55,298 bases of DNA from Parasitella parasitica NRRL 2501 (lineage: Eukaryota > Fungi > Mucoromycota), in NCBI GenBank assembly GCA_025201805.1, contig MU619297.1, positions 1-55,298 on the forward strand, written 5' to 3'. The position numbers and the translations under genes were made by a program. Numbering within the stretch: the stretch's first letter is position 1; each line of letters begins with the position of its first letter. Below are positions 49,968 to 55,298 of this stretch, in pieces. The notes beneath the pieces are model-generated. The model saw only the letters and a program-made list of their open reading frames with translations. It made no database searches and was not told the DNA's origin.

Positions 49968-51184
49968 ATGAAACTCTTTCTCAGAGGCATACTGTTTTTG
50001 GCAGCTTTATTTTATGTGGTATGTTTAGCTACATTGTAAAAGACATGTAAAGAATGTTAATGTATCTACAGGTTCACGCTCAAGACAGCGTAGTCAAGGT
50101 GCTTGAAAACGAGATTAGACAAGAATTAAAACTGGCTGCAGAGGATGCTGAATTAGTACAGGAAAATGCTAGCAGCTGTAAGGAGAAGGGGTCTGACTAT
50201 CTTCAGTATTTGAAGGACTTGGTATCCGATGCCCGCAAAGAAATAAAGAGCAACAACAATCGCAGACCTTCAACCCAATATTCTATCTATGATGTTGCCT
50301 TTTCCGTTGCCCACTACCTTCCATCCTGGGTATTTCCTCGGTCGATCTGGAAAGAGGATCCTGTTACTCGTCGCAGACATATTGCCAAAGTCTTGCGTAC
50401 CTCCCCTCTCGTCACTCGCCCTCGAGCTACTGTCATTCGCGACACTGCCGCACTCTGGACCAAGACATCCTCCCATCTTCTGGAGCAAAACTACACTCTT
50501 TCAACTGAAGAGAATCTCGTCTCTCTTCTTCAGTCTGCCGAAGATTTCGTCACTGCTGCAACTGATCTGGAATTAATGGACTCCTTATTCTTGGCTACTG
50601 GTTATGCAACCCTGGATGACGCCGTTACTCACTTTTTGACCAACAATTTGGAAGAGTTCAATAAGATTACCAATTCAATCAACCATGATTTCAACGAAAT
50701 TGTAAGTTTATCAGGAGATTTGCGTTGTTCGCTGGAGAGTGTTCGTGATGATGCCCTTGAGCAATCCATGATGATCCGCCAAACTTTGTTTTCGGAGCAC
50801 ATTGAAAAGCGTCTTCGTCATCTCAGCTGGCATATTCGTACAGAATTGCAAAATCTGTCTCAAGAACTTCGTGAAGTTCCTGAAGAAGACAAGGATCATT
50901 CAACCAAGTTGTTAAGAAAACACACTGCAGACTCGCTTCGCACAGAGATCGGAACATTGGATGATATAAAGTCGATATTGTGGAAATCCAAATCATTTTA
51001 CAACCATGTTTGGCAGAACGCCCACAATGAGTTGATACAAAGCCCTGTTTCTCTTGATTATTGGATTGATGTGGTTGCCGAGGTAAAGGAAGCTGCCATC
51101 AATCTGGGGAAAACCCTTACCAACAAGCATCAACAAAAGAACCAACATCGCTCGAAATGCACCTGCGGTTATAACAAGAATTAA
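49968..51184 (+). CDS. Hypothetical secreted alpha-helical protein (2 exons)
   Basis: Exon 1 MKLFLRGILFLAALFYV spliced to VHAQDS... gives a signal peptide with a VHA|Q cleavage site; long open exon 2. Confidence 0.7.
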
Positions 51185-51599
51185 TCCAATATTTTAACTT
51201 GTAAATAAAAAAAGTTGTATTAACAGCTTATGCATAATTTTTGATTGATGCGAAAAGACATTGGATCTGTATCCGCCATACACACCTTGATATATTTACA
51301 AATCTTTCTTTTTGGTAGGGCAGGAGATCACTAACTTATTCTGTTGATTAATCTCTGAGAAAACTTTGTTAAATTTCGATGATAGTTACTATATTACGTA
51401 CCTCTTTGATTGCTTGGATACAGTTATTGAAAAATGTAAGCTTATAACAGGTCTCCTTTTTCTTTTATTGTATTGAAACGTTTGAAATATACTTCAAGTA
51501 AACATATACTTGCATTCAAAACAACAGCTTTTTTTTGAACAGCATCTATAAAGTATAAATAGCAGAATCTTTAATAAAGTAATCTCAAGTTTTCGTATC

Positions 51600-52656
51600 T
51601 CGTTAATTCAACGTTTTATTTTATTTTTGATCTTGCAGATTTCAACATGCTTCTTGAAATTTTATAAGGCATATTGCACATTTGGAATAATATGCTATAA
51701 TGAACAATACTAAATTTTGAAGAAACAACTTTGCAATGACATGTTATCATCAAATAAACAAAACGATATAATCAACTAAAACAGGGCTCTCATATGTCAT
51801 GGTCTTTTTTTACGAGTACTCTCTTTAGTTTATGTTCTCGTATGCTTCGTAATAAGAAGTATGACATTACTTATATGCCCGGAGAAATTGAATTGACTTC
51901 TATGACTGAATAACTAAGCAAGCAAGGATTACTTGACAATCGTTTCAAATACTATGCAGATGGCAAAGTAAGAATTAATGCTGACAAGCAAGAACTTTTG
52001 CTTCTTGAGGTTTCTTCTGCCCTGGGTCAAGCAACTCAAGACAAGATTGCCTTTGATCATACCAAAGCCATGTTTGGGCTTCTTGTCATGTTGAAGACTC
52101 TCGCCTGCAAATATGGTCACGGATCATTTGAATCTTTTAAAAAAATTAAATTTCACTTCATTCACGTTCATGGTAATAATAGCAATATTTTTTCGTTGCA
52201 TAGGTCAATAGCAACAAACTTAATTTTGGTTTAATAGGCCACGCAGTTAAACACTGGACAATGATGACTCCGGAACCTGGAGTTTATATCATGACAAAGG
52301 AGCAAAAGGCCACCATTCCTGTGAACATCAACAACATGGCTGATGATTTGATCTCCTATATTCGATTCCATTTGAACTCGACAGTAAGATAAGAGTTTCT
52401 AATTCATTTCAACTGTAATGGTCACTGACCAAGTTTTTTTTAGGAGTTATTGAGGGAGACCTTGGATAGCATCGAAGGACTTCAAAAAGAACACAGAAGT
52501 CAGCTGCAAAAAGTAACGATTAACAACGAACAGATATCTGCTGAGACTTTGTTATCAAGTGTAGTTAAACCAGTCATCATAAGGTTAAATGAAGGCAAAC
52601 ATTCCAAAGAAGTTGTGGATAGCCCCCAAAGTAGTTCAAGCAGTCCTCAAAGATAA
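51600..52656 (+). pseudogene. Pseudogene of a PD-(D/E)xK-like repetitive family
   Basis: GEIELTSMTE*LSKQG...YYADGKVRINADKQELLLLEVSS...DHTKAMFGLLVMLKTLA...FIHVHG|..LKHW; in-frame TAA; 5' boundary uncertain. Confidence 0.55.
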
Positions 52657-53557
52657 ACAGCTCATCTCCTTCTCAATTCAAATATCTTACATGTATTACG
52701 TTATTGCAGTTTACTATGTGTATTTTTTCATCATTATAATTACTAAATAGCTTATTTTTGTATATTTCTTTGCACCTATCTTAAAGTGTTGCATTGACGA
52801 TGCTAAATAATATTTTTATCATGATGTACTGGTAATGGCATGTCAAAGGAGTTTGTGTTGCGTTTAAAGCTCGAATAGGTGCATCTTCATTATGCAATGT
52901 ATCTATTCTGAGATAGACAAACAGGGAAAGCTGCAATTCATTTGTGATTGAGCAAATACCATCAAAAGAATTTAAACAATAGCAACTCAAGAGCTTGACA
53001 AAGTCTTCACTTTTCACTCTGACCGAAGAATACTCTTTTTTTTTTTTTTTTTTNNNNNNNNNNTATGAAACGAAGAAAATTCGTCAGTATCACGAGCTTC
53101 TCCTAACAAATGTGTAATCACATTTGCCAGAAAATGCACATAGGATCACAGTAATAATTTAATACCTCATTTTAGCAACTTCTTTAAGATTAGGGTCGTT
53201 CTTAAAGGGTTTATTGAGCATGTTTTCCGCTATAGAAAAATGAGACTTTTGTAGAAGGAACTGATCATGTGAAAGAAAATAATAGTTTATATAATGGTTA
53301 CTTTATTTCATAATAATCCAAACTAGTTATAAAACAGGTTGAAACAGCTTTGGCTATATATATGTTTATAAAAGTATCAAATACCCATCAAACTTTCCGA
53401 AAATGTATATGTGTATACCATTATTGTAATGTATGCAGCATATTTTGAAAGCATCCAAACAAAGTATTTACCAAGTATTTCTCTAGAAAAAAAAATCGTG
53501 AAAAGTTAGAATAAGCCCTCCTTTTGTTATTCCTTGTATTTGAGGAAAAAGACAGCT

Positions 53558-53738
53558 TCCCACTCGTAGCTGGGTGCCTAGTTAAGGACAAACTGCAGCC
53601 ACAAATCTCTCCGGCGTAGGGCAGGGTTCATCTGTGTCATTTTCCCACAATGGCAAGGCACTGCTCCCACTCGTAGCTGGGCGCCTAGTTAAGGACAAGC
53701 TGCAGCCACAAATTTCTCCGGCGTAGGGCAGGGTACAT
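53558..53738 (-). repeat. Tandem direct repeat, 2 x 74 bp (period 107, 4 differences); candidate structured RNA
   Basis: Copies at 53558-53631 and 53665-53738; GC-rich within AT-rich intergenic DNA. Confidence 0.95.
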
Positions 53739-54137
53739 ACGTACTTTACCATTGCGTTTTTCAAATACAAAAAAGTATCAAATCATAAAGCTACATAAAA
53801 AATAGCTTTTCAAGTCATATTTTACAGCATCTTGGCTATTGATTCATACTTATAAAAACGTAAAATAAGGACTTATCTTAAATCATTTGTCTTGTTTTTG
53901 CTGTTAATCAATAAGAATTGCTAGGATTGCACAGCAATAAGATGTTTCTTTTAGAGTAGGAATCAGGACCTGCTGAACAGAGACATACCCTAACATAAAG
54001 ATATTTAGTTTGGTTTAAAGAAAATAGAAGACGAATAAGTCCTTCAGCCCTAGTTTAAGTAAAATTAATGATAACATGTGTGTGAAATATTTTGTCTACT
54101 AGACAATTTTATTTGACGTAGTTGTCTGGTGCACTAG

Positions 54138-55229
54138 TTAGCTTAAAACCGCACGCTCTGATTTTCTAGACCACGAATCCTTCCATTTCATAAACCACTC
54201 GTATCTCTCTTGTAGGTTTTCAGGACTATTGCGTTTCTCAGACTCGAAATGTGGTTTTTTGACTGATAGGTAACACGTTTCGTTCATGTGCTTATGAATA
54301 GCTGATTTTTTAAGCGAAAAATCCTCAAAGGATTTAGTCAAACTTTCAACTACATCACAAACAGTAACCTGTGGATCCTCATCAACGAGGTCCAAGACGT
54401 AGGCTTTGTGTTCCTCTGTAAAGTTGTTTGGGCGTCCTGGATTTTTGGTTGATTTTTTGATCGGCACTTGGCCAATCTCTTCGTAGCTTCTCCGCCATCG
54501 CTGAGCAGTTCGTTCTTCGACACCTAATTCTCTATCTCCCGGCCACAGCGGCATACCTCTGTCCCACAGGTAATTCGATCATACGATCGATGAACGTTGT
54601 CCTCTGATTAATGCTATAGTCTGCAATCATCCCCTTTGAGACAACTTTCACTGGCTTTGAAGTAGTTGACTTTTTGTTTTCAGTTGGTTGTTTTTCCAAT
54701 GGCTTATTCGTCATACAAGAAGAACGATCGACCAATGTTCCAAGAACAATATTGGGATCGTCGATAGTTGACATGACATCTTCCATAGAATCATACGTTA
54801 ATTGACCGTTTTCATTATAAATATTGTTTTGTCCATCTTCATAAAAAAAAGAGTTCTTCATCTCGTAAGGCTACAACAGACCTTATAAGAAAAAGATAAT
54901 CATAAGCTTCCTCAGAAAAACTAAGAAAGGACATTTTATTCCTATGGCAACGAAAACTTATTTCTGATTGGACGACATTTTGTTCCTGTGAGAGCGAAAT
55001 TTAATTCCTGATTGGCCGACACTTTACTTCTATTTATAGGGTACAGGAGACACCCTGAGGACACTTGTTAGAGTCCCACATTTAAAAGACAGCCTGCTTA
55101 AGCTGTTTAATAAATTCACTTATATTGATCATAACTTGAGTTATGAGACGCGCGGGACATTTATTTTGACTTTAAGTGAGGTTTACAACTGTAATTATGT
55201 ATTGGCGGGACACCATAAATGTGAGTGTG
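54138..55229 (-). mobile_element. Truncated Tc1/IS630 element (5' end plus N-terminal transposase)
   Basis: ELGVEERTAQRW...GRPNNFTEEHK...DEDPQVTV...ESLTKSF...KRNSPENLQERYEW resembles the 30127 ORF; frameshifted and stops before the DDE domain. Putative terminus TA|CACACTCACATTTATGGTGTCCCGC at 55229; repeated CTGATTGG.CGACA motifs near 54964 and 55008. Confidence 0.8.
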
Positions 55230-55298
55230 TATTAATATATTATCAGGAGTTAAGGTCGTTATAAAAGCTTCAAAACGATACTCTTGAATAGAATGTAT

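Noticed and set aside
53570-53700. U12-type branch site TCCTTAAC followed by CAG in locus B (minus strand)
   Set aside because: No RTATCCTT donor and no flanking exons; the motif sits in a predicted hairpin loop.
27663-53738. CRISPR-like array interpretation of the repeat dimers
   Set aside because: Only two long copies per locus, spacers pair with the flanks, eukaryotic context and no cas genes.

Overview
AT-rich fungal genomic DNA with short spliceosomal introns; gene content and transposon types point to Mucorales (inference). There are four assembly gaps (15193-15202, 29807-30091, 35939-35953, 53054-53063). Recognisable genes: beta-TrCP-like F-box/WD40, BDF1 (BET), degenerate HSPA12/Hsp70-like protein, C2H2 zinc-finger protein, homeobox factor, HAUS1-like augmin subunit, alpha-arrestin, a CHO2 pseudogene, PAC2/PSMG2, EB1/BIM1, EFG1, SSH4/EAR1-like SPRY protein, an atypical ENA-type P-type ATPase, an Slm1-like PH protein, a POP8/RPP14-like gene missed by the ORF track, a stand-alone tandem-PAS protein and STT3. 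Accessory DNA includes three decayed Tc1/IS630 transposases, the 3' half of a DIRS tyrosine-recombinase retrotransposon whose ICR still matches its right terminus, and PD-(D/E)xK-like genes and remnants. The best novelty candidate is a pair of GC-rich non-coding loci (27.6-28.0 kb on +, 53.5-53.8 kb on -). Each is a tandem dimer of a near-identical core; each copy has its own closing stem with different but compensating sequence, an outer stem closes the dimer, and the two loci share a short motif. This suggests a structured-RNA family that I cannot match to known ribozyme cores. All folds were derived by eye.
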